Virus record (IMG/VR): IMGVR_UViG_3300032030_002667
Strand: one strand, 5' to 3'
Origin: an uncultured virus (IMG/VR IMGVR_UViG_3300032030_002667)
Taxonomy: Duplodnaviria; Heunggongvirae; Uroviricota; Caudoviricetes
Length of the DNA: 64,000 nucleotides
The notes below the pieces were generated by a model. That model saw nothing but the letters and a program-made list of their open reading frames with translations, was not told the origin of the DNA and ran no database searches. The translations under genes were made by a program, and so were the position numbers. The first letter of the stretch is position 1, and every line of letters starts with the position of its first letter. Below, piece after piece: positions 1 to 9,606 of this stretch.

Positions 1-532
1 CATCTGTCCGCTCGCATATAGATTCACCCGTAAGCATATAGATAAGGGCGTCGGGCATGAAGAGGATTTTATCTGCCCTAAGCCATGCATCTTTGTCATT
101 CCGGCGAATTGTATCAAGCTGGAACAATGTATTGAAAGGCATGAACTGGATACCTGTACGCTCGTAGAGTTCCTCCTTGGGCATACATTCAGCAAAGTAG
201 CGCTCCATCGCGCCATCCGTATGTGGATCACGATAGCAGTACGGCAGACCAATAAGCTCGCCATCCTTGTCGAAGAATGCAACATCGCAGCCCCAAGTGT
301 CTATGCCAATGCTGGTAAGGCAAATGCCCTCCGCCTTGACCTTATGCAAAGCAAGGAGAATGTCATCATATAGCTTTGGCAAATCCCAGAAGATATGTCC
401 ATTACGATGAATTTGCGTGGTCTCGAATCGCGTCAATTCGCGCATCTCAACACGTCCACCATCATATCTTGCAATAATTGTACGGCCGCTGGTCGCTCCG
501 AGGTCAATCGAAAAGTAATATGTGGGAAGCAT
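1..532 (-). CDS. rhaB: Rhamnulokinase / FGGY carbohydrate kinase (host gene, runs off the window edge)
   Basis: Manual minus-strand translation from ATG at 532: MLPTYYFSIDLGATSGRTII...IGIDTWGCD...PYCYRD...TGIQFMPFNTLFQL, typical rhamnulokinase motifs. Confidence 0.85.
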   Translation of the reverse strand, partial: MLPTYYFSIDLGATSGRTIIARYDGGRVEMRELTRFETTQIHRNGHIFWDLPKLYDDILLALHKVKAEGICLTSIGIDTWGCDVAFFDKDGELIGLPYCYRDPHTDGAMERYFAECMPKEELYERTGIQFMPFNTLFQLDTIRRNDKDAWLRADKILFMPDALIYMLTGESICERTD

Positions 533-725
533 TGTTTTCTGTAATTTTTCTCGCAAATATACAAAAATAATCGCACACGCCGGCTAGAAAAGACAAAAAA
601 TTCAACAAAAAAATCAAATTGTAACAAACGACACTCCGCCTTGCTTTACCGAAGACTTTACCTAAGCAAAAAGGGGGAAACAGAGAACAGCTCTAATTGA
701 ACCAGAGAATAAGGCATAAAAAACG

Positions 726-804
726 CCGCGTGCGGCGTTGACAATTTCCGCGTGCGGCGTTGGCAATTTCCGCGTGCGGCGTTTAAATCCCCGCCAGCGG
801 AGTT
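726..804. repeat. 22-bp-period tandem repeat (core CCGCGTGCGGCGTT) on the host side of att
   Basis: Core at 726, 748 and 770, with a degenerate fourth copy near 791. Confidence 0.85.
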
Positions 805-812
805 TATTTCTT

Positions 813-837
813 TGAGCCTCTTGTCGGATTCGAACCA
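813..837. repeat. att core, left copy (duplicated tRNA-Thr 3' end)
   Basis: TGAGCCTCTTGTCGGATTCGAACCA, identical to 63356-63380. Confidence 0.95.
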
Positions 838-867
838 CTATTTGATTATAAGATAGTTAGGAAGAGA

Positions 868-897
868 TGTGTATACCGATTTTGATTTTGTGTACAC
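868..897. promoter_or_regulatory. Putative integrase arm-type sites, left end
   Basis: TGTGTATAC at 868 and TTGTGTACAC at 888 match the TTGTGTACA cluster at 63119-63186. Confidence 0.6.
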
Positions 898-1431
898 ATA
901 CTCTTTTTCTACCATTTTTCAGTTGCGGATTTTATCCAACGACAATTTTCAGAGTTTTGCCTTTAGAGAGGCGTTTATTATTATTATTATTTAATTTGTT
1001 TTTTTGATATTCCCATATCTCTACACGGGAGCAATTAAGATTTTTTGGTTTGTTTGTTTGCCGTTTCAGTCCCGAAATTTCTTGCAGTGACTTTGAAACT
1101 CTCGTAACTTTGCACCAAATTCGTAATTTTTAGTATCACAAATGCTGGTGTCCGATAGTTATAACAAACCTCTTAATTACACTGCAAAGGTACTAAATAA
1201 TAAGCAAACAAACAAACATTTTTGAGAGAAAAATCTTAAATATAATAATAATATGTATAGGTTTCTTCATTCAAACAAGTCTAACGGCATAAACAAGGCG
1301 GCTCAAATTGCATTTTGCAGGAGAAAGAACATGTGTGTAAATGGGAGTGGAATTTCATTTATAATACTCCACTTAATTTGTAATGAATCCACCCCCGTAG
1401 GTGGTAATTACTAATTAAACACACATGTACA

Positions 1432-1656
1432 ATGGAAAATCAATTCATTGAAAAGAAGACGGAATGGATTCGTTCCATCCGTCCAGACGAGACAAAAACG
1501 GGTTTCGTCAGAGAGTATGAGGAGTTAGACACATTATCTACTCTTGTCAGCAGATTCAATCAAGGGCTGGGAAGAGATAGAGGTGTAAAGCTAACTACTA
1601 AACGCAACTGGGAAGAGAAGTCGTTTAGTATTAAATGCGAAAAGATTAAAACTTAA
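1432..1656 (+). CDS. Small hypothetical phage protein
   Basis: 74-aa ORF heading the early operon, AT-rich leader. Confidence 0.7.
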   Translation: MENQFIEKKTEWIRSIRPDETKTGFVREYEELDTLSTLVSRFNQGLGRDRGVKLTTKRNWEEKSFSIKCEKIKT

Positions 1657-1663
1657 AGCAAGT

Positions 1664-1885
1664 ATGGTACAAATTAAAGCAAAAGGGACAAACACTACCC
1701 TCGCACAAAGAATCGTAAATTGTAATGATACGGTTTTGACCTTGGATGATGCTGCCGAATTTCTCGGCAAGACCAGAGAGGCCGTAAAGAAAATGTGTCA
1801 ACGCAAACAGATTCCATGTCACAAAGAACGTAAGTCATGGCTCCTGCTTAAAAGCGAAATTGTTGAATGGCTACGCGCTTTATGA
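1664..1885 (+). CDS. Excisionase-like HTH DNA-binding protein
   Basis: VLTLDDAAEFLGKTREAVKKMCQRKQIPCHK...LLKSEIVEWL fits HTH_17/Xis; lies near att. Confidence 0.8.
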   Translation: MVQIKAKGTNTTLAQRIVNCNDTVLTLDDAAEFLGKTREAVKKMCQRKQIPCHKERKSWLLLKSEIVEWLRAL

Positions 1886-1986
1886 TTAAGTTCTCTCACA
1901 AAGAACTCTAAATGCGTAAAGTCCTCTGCCTGCCCTCTGCGAAGAACGCATGCAGAGGCAATTTTTTAACATCTAATCTTATCAGT

Positions 1987-2556
1987 ATGGCAAACGAAAT
2001 TATTAACACTACAGATGTGGAGAAGAAAGTTATTATCGTGAGGGGGCAAGAGGTGCTGCTCGACAGGGATGTCGCAGCTCTTTATGGGGTTGAGACAAAA
2101 AGAGTGAATGAAGCTGTCAGAAATAACATTGAAAAGTTCCCTGATGGATATGTACTGGAATTGACCGACGAAGAGTCTTCATCTGTAAGGTCGAAAATTT
2201 CGACCAAACAAGAAATGCACTATGGTAAACACTCAAAGTACAACTACAAAGCTTTCACGGAACGTGGCTTATATATGCTGGCTACTATCCTGAAATCAAA
2301 GAATGCAGTGAATACTACTATCGCCATCATCAATACATTTACACAGGTGCGAGTGATGGCAAGAACGATGGAAAAAGTGGAACACGCTCCTGATGGTCAA
2401 GCTTTGCAGAAAGAACTTCTAAAGAAGTCGGGCGAACTCATGGGGGAAATAATTGGGCAGAATCTTTCCACAAAAGCCATCGAGACAGAGATTGAACTTA
2501 ACTTCGCTGTCGTGAAGATTAGGCATAAAATCATTCGGGGAGGGAAAGAGGAATAG
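1987..2556 (+). CDS. ORF6N domain DNA-binding protein
   Basis: VRGQEVLLDRDVAALYGVETKRVNEAVRNNIEKFP...AFTERGLYMLATILKS; start placed at ATG 1987. Confidence 0.85.
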   Translation: MANEIINTTDVEKKVIIVRGQEVLLDRDVAALYGVETKRVNEAVRNNIEKFPDGYVLELTDEESSSVRSKISTKQEMHYGKHSKYNYKAFTERGLYMLATILKSKNAVNTTIAIINTFTQVRVMARTMEKVEHAPDGQALQKELLKKSGELMGEIIGQNLSTKAIETEIELNFAVVKIRHKIIRGGKEE

Positions 2557-2557
2557 C

Positions 2558-2791
2558 ATGGAAAAGAAAGAGTATTATGTGCAGCCGAAAATCGCTGCCA
2601 AAATAGTTGAGCTCAATCAGGAACATACCCTGCCTGTGAACATCACCATTGGAGAATGTGTAGGCAGTCTGACCCAAATCACTTTCGAGTACGAACTGAT
2701 TGACTATCATATCGTGGCATGGCTCGTGAACAAGGGTACACTGTTCTACACCTGCCTACCTGATGAGGAAATCTTGAATGATAATGATTAA
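2558..2791 (+). CDS. Hypothetical protein
   Basis: 77-aa ORF coupled to its neighbours, overlaps the primase start. Confidence 0.65.
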   Translation: MEKKEYYVQPKIAAKIVELNQEHTLPVNITIGECVGSLTQITFEYELIDYHIVAWLVNKGTLFYTCLPDEEILNDND

Positions 2792-5700
2792 ACAATCTGA
2801 CATCGATAGGGTTCTGGATGCCTGCAACATCGTGGACGTTGTCAGGGACTATAGCATTCAACTAAAGCAGAAAGGAAGATACCTCTTTGCGTGCTGCCCT
2901 TTCCATCAAGAGAAAACTGGCTCTTTTTGCGTTTCGCCTGAGACTGATACGTACCATTGCTTCGGATGTCATGAACATGGAAACAGCATCAGCTTCGTTA
3001 TAAAACATGATGGCTGCTCATTCCCCGAAGCTGTGAAGAAACTGGCTGAGAAATACAACATCGATATCGAGGAGTCCGAGCCTTCTGCACAGGATGAAAT
3101 GGTACGGAAACAGAAGGAGGCAATGTACATAGCCAATGACATCCTGGCGAAATACTATCATGAGCAGCTTCTTAATAATGCGGCAGCTTGCAAATATGCC
3201 TACGGACGATGGAATGAAGAATACTGCAAAAAACATTTCATCGGCTATTGTCCACCAGACGCACGCCTGATTGATAAGCTTGGCATATCTAAGGAAATCG
3301 TCGAGCAGCTGGGACTGAAGAACAAAGGTGGGTATGACTTCTTCAATGAACGCATTGTCATTCCTATCCGCGACAGGAACCAGCATATCATTGGATTCAC
3401 GGCTCGCCTTTTACCAATCCCCAGTGATAAGTATAAAGACAAGGAGAAGGAGCCTCCTAAGTATATGAACAGCAAAGACAGCATCATATATGACAAGAAA
3501 GGTTCATTCTTCGGTTCTGATACGGCATGGGGGAAAATCGCTCGAAGTGGTGTCTGCTACATCGTGGAAGGTGCTTCTGACTGTATGCGTCTGCATATCA
3601 TCGGCGTTCCTAATACTTTGGCTCCTTTGGGCACTGCCTGGACGAAAGAACACAGCGCTATCTTGAAGAAAAAGGCTTCACATATCTGCTTTGTGCCTGA
3701 TGCTGACCCGCCAAAGCCTAACGAGAAATACGGACCTGGCATCAAGGCGGTGATGGAGTCTGGCGAAGCGGCCATGAAGTATGGCTTTACTGTCTCTGTG
3801 AAGCAGATACCCATCGGAAAAAAGAAAAAGGATCCTGACTCGTACTGTAAAGACAAGGCAAAGTTTGATAAACTTAAAGAAACAGATTTCGTTCTTTGGC
3901 TGGCCGAACTCCTATTCGAGAAGGGCATGACTGCAGAGCAGGAAAGCAAGATTATTAACAGGCTTGCTTCGCTCATGACTACCCTATCTGATGAAACAAC
4001 TGTTGACAGGTATATCTCGAAACTGACAAAATATGTTCCAGGGAAGCGCACCTGGCAGAAGGCTCTGGATGCACAGCGTAATGAGCAGGCGGAAGCTGAA
4101 GCGAAGGCTAAGGCTGAAAAGGATTCTGACCTTTTCAAAAAGTATGGCTTCAACATCGAGAAAGATAAACACTATTACTCTATCTCTGATAAAGGTGGGG
4201 TGTATGTATGGAGTAATTTCATCATGACGCCGCTTTATCATATCAGAGACAGCGTGAATCCTAAGCGTATCTATTTGCTGAAAAATGAACGGGGACAGCA
4301 GGAACTGCTGGAACTGAAGCAGGAGGATTTGTGCTCTCTGCAAAGGTTCATGGTGAAAGTCGAAGGCTTGGGTAATTTCATCTGGAAAGCTACGAATCGT
4401 GAATTGCAAAAGCTGAAGGAATTGCTTTATGAGGTCACGGATTCGGCTGAGGAGATTGTACAGCTGGGATGGCAAAGCGAAGGATTCTTTGCCTTTGGCA
4501 ATGGTATATTCCATGATGGGAAATTCCTAAAAACAGATGATGTGGGTATCGTCAGACTGCCTGAAGGCAATTACTATCTGCCTGCAAACTCTTCTATCTA
4601 TAGTAAGGACAAGAAGCTTTTCCAGTTTGAACGGCGTTTCGTACATCTGGGACTTTCTACAATTTCACTCAAAGAGCTTACGAATCATCTTTTCCGAGTC
4701 TTCGGGAACAATGGACGCATGGGTTTCCTGTTCCTACTGGCTACGCTTAACAGGGACATAGTGACAAGGGTGACACGCTCCTTCCCTATCCTGAATCTCT
4801 TCGGACCGAAAGGCTCTGGTAAGTCCGAGCTGGGACATACGCTGATGTCATTCTTCATCATTGATAACGTGCCGCCCAATATACATAACTCTACCAAGCC
4901 TGCTCTTTGCGATACGGTGGCCGCTGTGTCAAATGCGCTGGTTCACCTTGATGAGTACAAGAATGAAATGGAGCCTAGCAAGATTGAGTTCTTGAAAGGA
5001 CTCTGGGACGGCACGGGACGTACACGCAAGAACATGGATCTGGATAAGAAGAGCGAGGTGACTTCTGTCGATTCTGGCGTCATTCTCTCTGGACAGGAGA
5101 TGCCGACTGCCGACAATGCGCTTTTCTCGCGTATCATCTTCCTCTCGTTTAAGAATTCATCGTTCTCTGAAGAGGAAAGGGCAAACTTCCTTACGCTTAA
5201 TCAAATCAGAAAGCAGGGCTTGACGCATCTGACACTGGAGATACTCAGTCACAGAAAGAAGGTGGAAGGCTCTTTCCGTAATCTCTATCATCAGACAATG
5301 ATGGAGGTCAGCGAGAGCCTGAAGGAAAAGGGCAAAGATATCGAGGATCGTATCATGATGAACTGGGTGTCGCCGCTGACTGTGTTCAGGTGTCTGGAGA
5401 GTGCTATTGACACTTCACTTTCCTATAAGGAGATGTTCAATATCTGTGTCGAAGGCATACGCTTTCAAAACTCCCATTGTAAGCAGAACAATGAGCTTTC
5501 CAACTTCTGGAAGGTGGTGATGTATCTCGTCGGTGAGAACTTGCTCGTTGACGGGGGTGATTACCGTGTCGAGTATCTGCACCGCCTCAATACGGACAAA
5601 TACAAACGTGAATGGCAGGAAGCACATCCTGTTCTCTATGTCCAAAAGTCCCGATTGTTTATGCTTTACAAGAAGAACGGGAAAGCTGTGGGCGATAATA

Positions 5701-5987
5701 TCCTTTCGGAAAGTTCTCTTGAATACTATCTCCTTAACTCCAGGGCTTATCTGGGATATAAGAAAGGGGTACGCTTCAAGGTGTTTCATGGTGGAGTTCA
5801 GAAGTTCAAAAGTGGCGGTGAAGGCGTTCCCGAGAGCAAGGTATTCCAAGCCTATTGCTTTGACTACGGTATTCTGGAAGAGGACTATGGCATCAACCTG
5901 GAACTGGCATCCGATGATGATGGAGACACTGCTCATAAGGAAGATTATGATGCTGCTCATCCTAAACAACAGACATTAGACTTATAG
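2778..5987 (+). CDS. DNA primase-helicase (CHC2 zinc finger, DnaG-type TOPRIM, C-terminal P-loop NTPase)
   Basis: CPFHQEKTGSF...CFGC; PKYMNS; IVEGASD; DADPP; Walker A GPKGSGKS; Walker B-like VHLDEY. Confidence 0.92.
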   Translation: MIMIKQSDIDRVLDACNIVDVVRDYSIQLKQKGRYLFACCPFHQEKTGSFCVSPETDTYHCFGCHEHGNSISFVIKHDGCSFPEAVKKLAEKYNIDIEESEPSAQDEMVRKQKEAMYIANDILAKYYHEQLLNNAAACKYAYGRWNEEYCKKHFIGYCPPDARLIDKLGISKEIVEQLGLKNKGGYDFFNERIVIPIRDRNQHIIGFTARLLPIPSDKYKDKEKEPPKYMNSKDSIIYDKKGSFFGSDTAWGKIARSGVCYIVEGASDCMRLHIIGVPNTLAPLGTAWTKEHSAILKKKASHICFVPDADPPKPNEKYGPGIKAVMESGEAAMKYGFTVSVKQIPIGKKKKDPDSYCKDKAKFDKLKETDFVLWLAELLFEKGMTAEQESKIINRLASLMTTLSDETTVDRYISKLTKYVPGKRTWQKALDAQRNEQAEAEAKAKAEKDSDLFKKYGFNIEKDKHYYSISDKGGVYVWSNFIMTPLYHIRDSVNPKRIYLLKNERGQQELLELKQEDLCSLQRFMVKVEGLGNFIWKATNRELQKLKELLYEVTDSAEEIVQLGWQSEGFFAFGNGIFHDGKFLKTDDVGIVRLPEGNYYLPANSSIYSKDKKLFQFERRFVHLGLSTISLKELTNHLFRVFGNNGRMGFLFLLATLNRDIVTRVTRSFPILNLFGPKGSGKSELGHTLMSFFIIDNVPPNIHNSTKPALCDTVAAVSNALVHLDEYKNEMEPSKIEFLKGLWDGTGRTRKNMDLDKKSEVTSVDSGVILSGQEMPTADNALFSRIIFLSFKNSSFSEEERANFLTLNQIRKQGLTHLTLEILSHRKKVEGSFRNLYHQTMMEVSESLKEKGKDIEDRIMMNWVSPLTVFRCLESAIDTSLSYKEMFNICVEGIRFQNSHCKQNNELSNFWKVVMYLVGENLLVDGGDYRVEYLHRLNTDKYKREWQEAHPVLYVQKSRLFMLYKKNGKAVGDNILSESSLEYYLLNSRAYLGYKKGVRFKVFHGGVQKFKSGGEGVPESKVFQAYCFDYGILEEDYGINLELASDDDGDTAHKEDYDAAHPKQQTLDL

Positions 5988-6024
5988 ACATTCTTCTCTT
6001 TCTTTCAGTGCAGAACCTTCTGCA

Positions 6025-6070
6025 AACCCCGATTATTTGCCGCGAGGCACGTAATCGGGGTTATTTTTTT
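6025..6070 (+). terminator. Rho-independent terminator after primase
   Basis: AACCCCGATTA...TAATCGGGGTT stem followed by a T-run. Confidence 0.8.
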
Positions 6071-6110
6071 GTCCGAAAAAAGCGATTTGATTTTGATAGC
6101 TCATTTTTTA

Positions 6111-6325
6111 CTTACAACATTTACAACTTATACAACATCTTATTTTATAATAAGTTAAAAGGCTTCCTCTCGGAAACATCTGACAACATCTGACAACATG
6201 GCTCATAATTAGTTTTTTTCGACAACAAAATCGGGCAGTTTACAACACTGGCAACACATGCAACATTTATATCTTATTTTATATCAATAAATTAGCACAT
6301 CGTTGAACGTGTTGTAAATGTTGGA
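6111..6325. repeat. ACAACA iteron-like cluster, putative replication origin
   Basis: Many (A)CAACA direct copies, then inverted TGTTG copies, around AT-rich spacers just downstream of the primase-helicase. Confidence 0.55.
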
Positions 6326-6441
6326 AGCGAAAACAGGTGTACACGAGTTGAAAAATCTTTTTTTCAGAAAAAGTTTAATATATAGTTGAGATACTATCGA
6401 TTATCAGTACCTTTGCAAATCATTTGAAAATTGCTGATACT

Positions 6442-6942
6442 ATGGAAAACACTATTTTTATTACACTGGAGCCGTATCTGGCCCAATGGTTGAAACATGA
6501 GATGGGCGGTACTAGCCCTATTCCCGTCAAGAGAGCTTCGGCTGAAGCTGCTATCCTGCAGATGTTCCTACAGAAACAACCGCGTGACCCTCAGTATAGG
6601 CCACAAATTAAAGCACTGCCTGGGCAGGTGGAAATACTGCTGCCTAGATTCCGACTGAGAGACACGCGTACATATAACTACTTGCCACCTCGCGGTGAGA
6701 AGGCGCTGCACCAGTGCATACGCAATCGCTTCAAGGTGGCTATGTGGACGGATCTGCATACCGTCGGGAATGTGGTCAAGAGGACGGACATCGTCATCTC
6801 TGACTGGATGGAGAAACATGGCATCGAGGTAGATGACAAGAACTGGAACACTGTCGCCAAGATTCTCCAGCGTTGTAGGGCTACATATTGCAAGAATAAT
6901 CGTCTGACTGACCATAAATCTTCAAAAGACGCAGAAATGTAG
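6442..6942 (+). CDS. Hypothetical phage protein, candidate late-gene regulator
   Basis: Own TACCTTTG promoter at 6408; basic protein with helical C-terminus; sits between replication and virion genes. Function is inference. Confidence 0.6.
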   Translation: MENTIFITLEPYLAQWLKHEMGGTSPIPVKRASAEAAILQMFLQKQPRDPQYRPQIKALPGQVEILLPRFRLRDTRTYNYLPPRGEKALHQCIRNRFKVAMWTDLHTVGNVVKRTDIVISDWMEKHGIEVDDKNWNTVAKILQRCRATYCKNNRLTDHKSSKDAEM

Positions 6943-6980
6943 CTAATTTTTTCACTACCTCATTTCCTTTTTGTCCACTT

Positions 6981-7388
6981 ATGAAGCAGTCCCTACCTAA
7001 CATAACAGCCATCTATTTTGTGCCTTGTGCTTCGCTCATACCCAACATCACTGAGAAGCATCGGGCCGGACTGCCTGTTGCCATATTCCCACTCCCCTCT
7101 TCCATTGAGCAATATGGGAATGCATCATGTGAGGCTGAGCAGGAATATGTGGGTGGGGGCTATTCGGAGAAAACTGTGCTGCAGTTCAACACTACAGACG
7201 ATTTGAGCCACTACCCTGCTCTGGCATTCGTGGTTACGGATGCTGGAGGGAAGTCGTATATCATCGGGACGAAGGAAGCACCTTACCCTATCATGGAAAT
7301 CACACAGACGATTGACAAGGAGGTGCATGTGAATACTGTCAAGGTGACTTTCACACGCCCTAAGTCACTCGTTCCCTGCCTGATTTAG
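6981..7388 (+). CDS. Hypothetical virion protein (weakly tail-tube-like)
   Basis: LPNITAIYFV...AFVVTDAGGKSYIIG echoes LPGIRKRIYYI...VFLVEDMKGFFRVVG of the 9607/10551 proteins. Confidence 0.55.
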   Translation: MKQSLPNITAIYFVPCASLIPNITEKHRAGLPVAIFPLPSSIEQYGNASCEAEQEYVGGGYSEKTVLQFNTTDDLSHYPALAFVVTDAGGKSYIIGTKEAPYPIMEITQTIDKEVHVNTVKVTFTRPKSLVPCLI

Positions 7389-7389
7389 C

Positions 7390-7424
7390 GTCTTTCCTTA
7401 CATATTTATTATAGTGTACTTTTG
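7390..7424 (+). promoter_or_regulatory. Element-specific promoter GTCTTT-N21-TAnnTTTG (protease-capsid-tail tube unit)
   Basis: GTCTTT at 7390, TACTTTTG at 7417. Confidence 0.75.
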
Positions 7425-7453
7425 TGCCGGAAACACATTAGTACACTATTTTT

Positions 7454-8527
7454 ATGGCTCATTCTAAATATCATCTTCACCTGAAAGGGTATGTCGGAGG
7501 CTACGACTTCGACAGAGATTATGTCGATTACGTGCTCTCCAAGAATCCGGATACGGAGGTGCATGTGCTCATTGACTCTCTCGGAGGGTCACTGGCCACT
7601 GCGCTCTCCATAGTGGCTGCATTCCGTGAACACGCCAATGTGCATGTTCACTATGTGGGCATGAATGCTTCTGCGGCTACGATTGTTTCTCTTGGAGCGA
7701 AGCATGTCTCTATTGACTCCTCTGCTATGTACCTTGTTCATAAGTGCTCGGTGGAGTTCTTCCGCTGGGCGTCGGCAAACAGCGACAAACTGGCGGACAT
7801 CATCAAGGAGGCTAAGCAGATGAAGTCCGATCTGGAGAAGATGGATGCGAATGTCGCGCAGATGTACGCCTCTAAGTGTCAGAAGTCCCCTGAGGATCTT
7901 CTCGCACTGATGAAGAAAGGTGGATGGCTGACTGCTAAGGAAGCGCTCGAATGGGGCTTTGTTGATGAGATTACCGATTACGAAGAAGATTCGGCTCCTG
8001 TCATTACGGATTCTATCGCCGCTGACATGGCTTCTTCGGGTATTCCCGTCCCATCTTGCTATTCCGGGCAGCAGCCTTCCAACATCTTCACGCGTTTTGT
8101 CGAAGCACTTACTAACATTTTCTCTAACTCTAATACATTATCTAATATGGAACAAGCTAACACTACTCAACAGCAGGAGCAGGTGCAGACTCAGCAGCCA
8201 GCTCCTCAGGCTTCAGTACAGCAGCCTGCAGCAGGTACACAGGTTCAGACGCAGCAGGAGCAGCCTGCAGCAGATGCTCAGGCACAGGCTTTGGAGCAAC
8301 AGCGACAGACGCTGGAAGCCCAGCATAACACGGCTATTGCTGCCAAAGACCAGGAGATTGCCAGGCTGCGTGCAGAACTGGATGCACTCAAAAAGGCACC
8401 TGGTGCTTCTACCTCGCAGGTGGTAGAGACAGAAAAGAAGGATAATCCTCAGGACAAGCATTCTGCTGTCGAGGACTTCTTCGCTACGCGTCAGCGTGCC
8501 ACAGAGCTGTACAATCTCGTGCCGTAA
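7454..8527 (+). CDS. ClpP-type prohead protease with Gln-rich/coiled-coil scaffold-like C-terminus
   Basis: IDSLGGSL, GMNASAAT, YLVHK, WLTAKEALEWGFVDEI; directly upstream of capsid. Confidence 0.88.
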   Translation: MAHSKYHLHLKGYVGGYDFDRDYVDYVLSKNPDTEVHVLIDSLGGSLATALSIVAAFREHANVHVHYVGMNASAATIVSLGAKHVSIDSSAMYLVHKCSVEFFRWASANSDKLADIIKEAKQMKSDLEKMDANVAQMYASKCQKSPEDLLALMKKGGWLTAKEALEWGFVDEITDYEEDSAPVITDSIAADMASSGIPVPSCYSGQQPSNIFTRFVEALTNIFSNSNTLSNMEQANTTQQQEQVQTQQPAPQASVQQPAAGTQVQTQQEQPAADAQAQALEQQRQTLEAQHNTAIAAKDQEIARLRAELDALKKAPGASTSQVVETEKKDNPQDKHSAVEDFFATRQRATELYNLVP

Positions 8528-8581
8528 AGTCTCTCTCGTTTTCAATTCTTCATTCTTCATTCTTAATTCTTCATTTTTATT

Positions 8582-9544
8582 ATGGCTGGAAAACTTAACT
8601 TTACTCTGCAGGAATATCAGGAAGCGGCTACCAAGTGGCGCTCCGACCTGCTCATGCTCCCTATCATAGGCTGTCAGGATACACTGAAGTACATGACGGC
8701 TCGCCCTGGCATCCGCTATAAGGAACAGGTGGGAGCGCTCTCCGGTGATGCTCAGTTCGGTCCTTACAAACCCTCCCGCTCTACGGACTTCAATCTGAAC
8801 ATCGACTTCCGCACCCTCGAAACTTTCTTGGGTAGCGTCGTGGCGAAGTTCGAGCCTAACAGCGCTGTATCTACACTCCTCGGTCAAATTGGTGACACGA
8901 AGGGAGATGGACAGATGCAGGCGCCTACGGCTAAGCATGTGCTGGCGCTTATTGCCAAGTCTCTCTCTGAGCATCTGAATGAGGCTATCTGGGCTGGTGA
9001 GCGCAATCCCAACGGTGACACAACTCTTGACTTGTTCGATGGCTTCGATACCATCACAAGCAAGGAGATCACGGCTGGTGCCATTGCCGCTTCTGAGGGC
9101 AATTACATGAAGCTTACCGATGCCATCACCAACGACAATGCGGTGGACATCGCCAAGGAGATTCTCTTCTCGCTGGATCCCCGTCTTCGTGCCCAGGACC
9201 TCTATATGTTCTGTACGCAGGAGTTCGCTGATGCGTACAACGAGAGCTATCTGCTCACTCATGGAGGCATCAACTACAACACGAAGTACGGACAGGACAC
9301 TGTGGAAGGCTCCAATGGCCGTCTGCACATCGTGCCGATGTACAACAAGATTGGCTCTAAGTTCATCCACATCTGCCCGAAGATTAACATGCTCGTAGGT
9401 TATGACCAGATGGGCGACATCGAGTCTGTTTTGGTCAAGGAGTATGAACCTTTCATCCTCTCCTACATCGCAACCATGTTCTTCGGTGTGCAGTTTGAGT
9501 CTATCGACAAGCGCCGCTTCAAGGTGGTTGAACTGGCTGATTGA
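8582..9544 (+). CDS. Major capsid protein (putative)
   Basis: 320 aa directly after the prohead protease; LNEAIWAG...LFDGF segment typical of HK97-fold capsids. Confidence 0.75.
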   Translation: MAGKLNFTLQEYQEAATKWRSDLLMLPIIGCQDTLKYMTARPGIRYKEQVGALSGDAQFGPYKPSRSTDFNLNIDFRTLETFLGSVVAKFEPNSAVSTLLGQIGDTKGDGQMQAPTAKHVLALIAKSLSEHLNEAIWAGERNPNGDTTLDLFDGFDTITSKEITAGAIAASEGNYMKLTDAITNDNAVDIAKEILFSLDPRLRAQDLYMFCTQEFADAYNESYLLTHGGINYNTKYGQDTVEGSNGRLHIVPMYNKIGSKFIHICPKINMLVGYDQMGDIESVLVKEYEPFILSYIATMFFGVQFESIDKRRFKVVELAD

Positions 9545-9606
9545 TAATCCTTGAACTCTTGAACTTTTGAACTCTTCAATCTTCAATCTTCAATTTTCAA
9601 TCTGCT

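Noticed and set aside
726..804. Possible CRISPR array or att-related repeat
   Set aside because: Simple 22-bp tandem repeat outside the att core, no spacers.
813..837. Second tRNA gene
   Set aside because: Only the 3' 25 nt are present; it is the att duplication.
8213..9586. Long antisense ORFs (457 aa here; also 42057-43538, 58846-59784, 56061-56849)
   Set aside because: Shadow frames opposite well-supported phage genes; EELRMKNEE-type text comes from the heptamer repeats.
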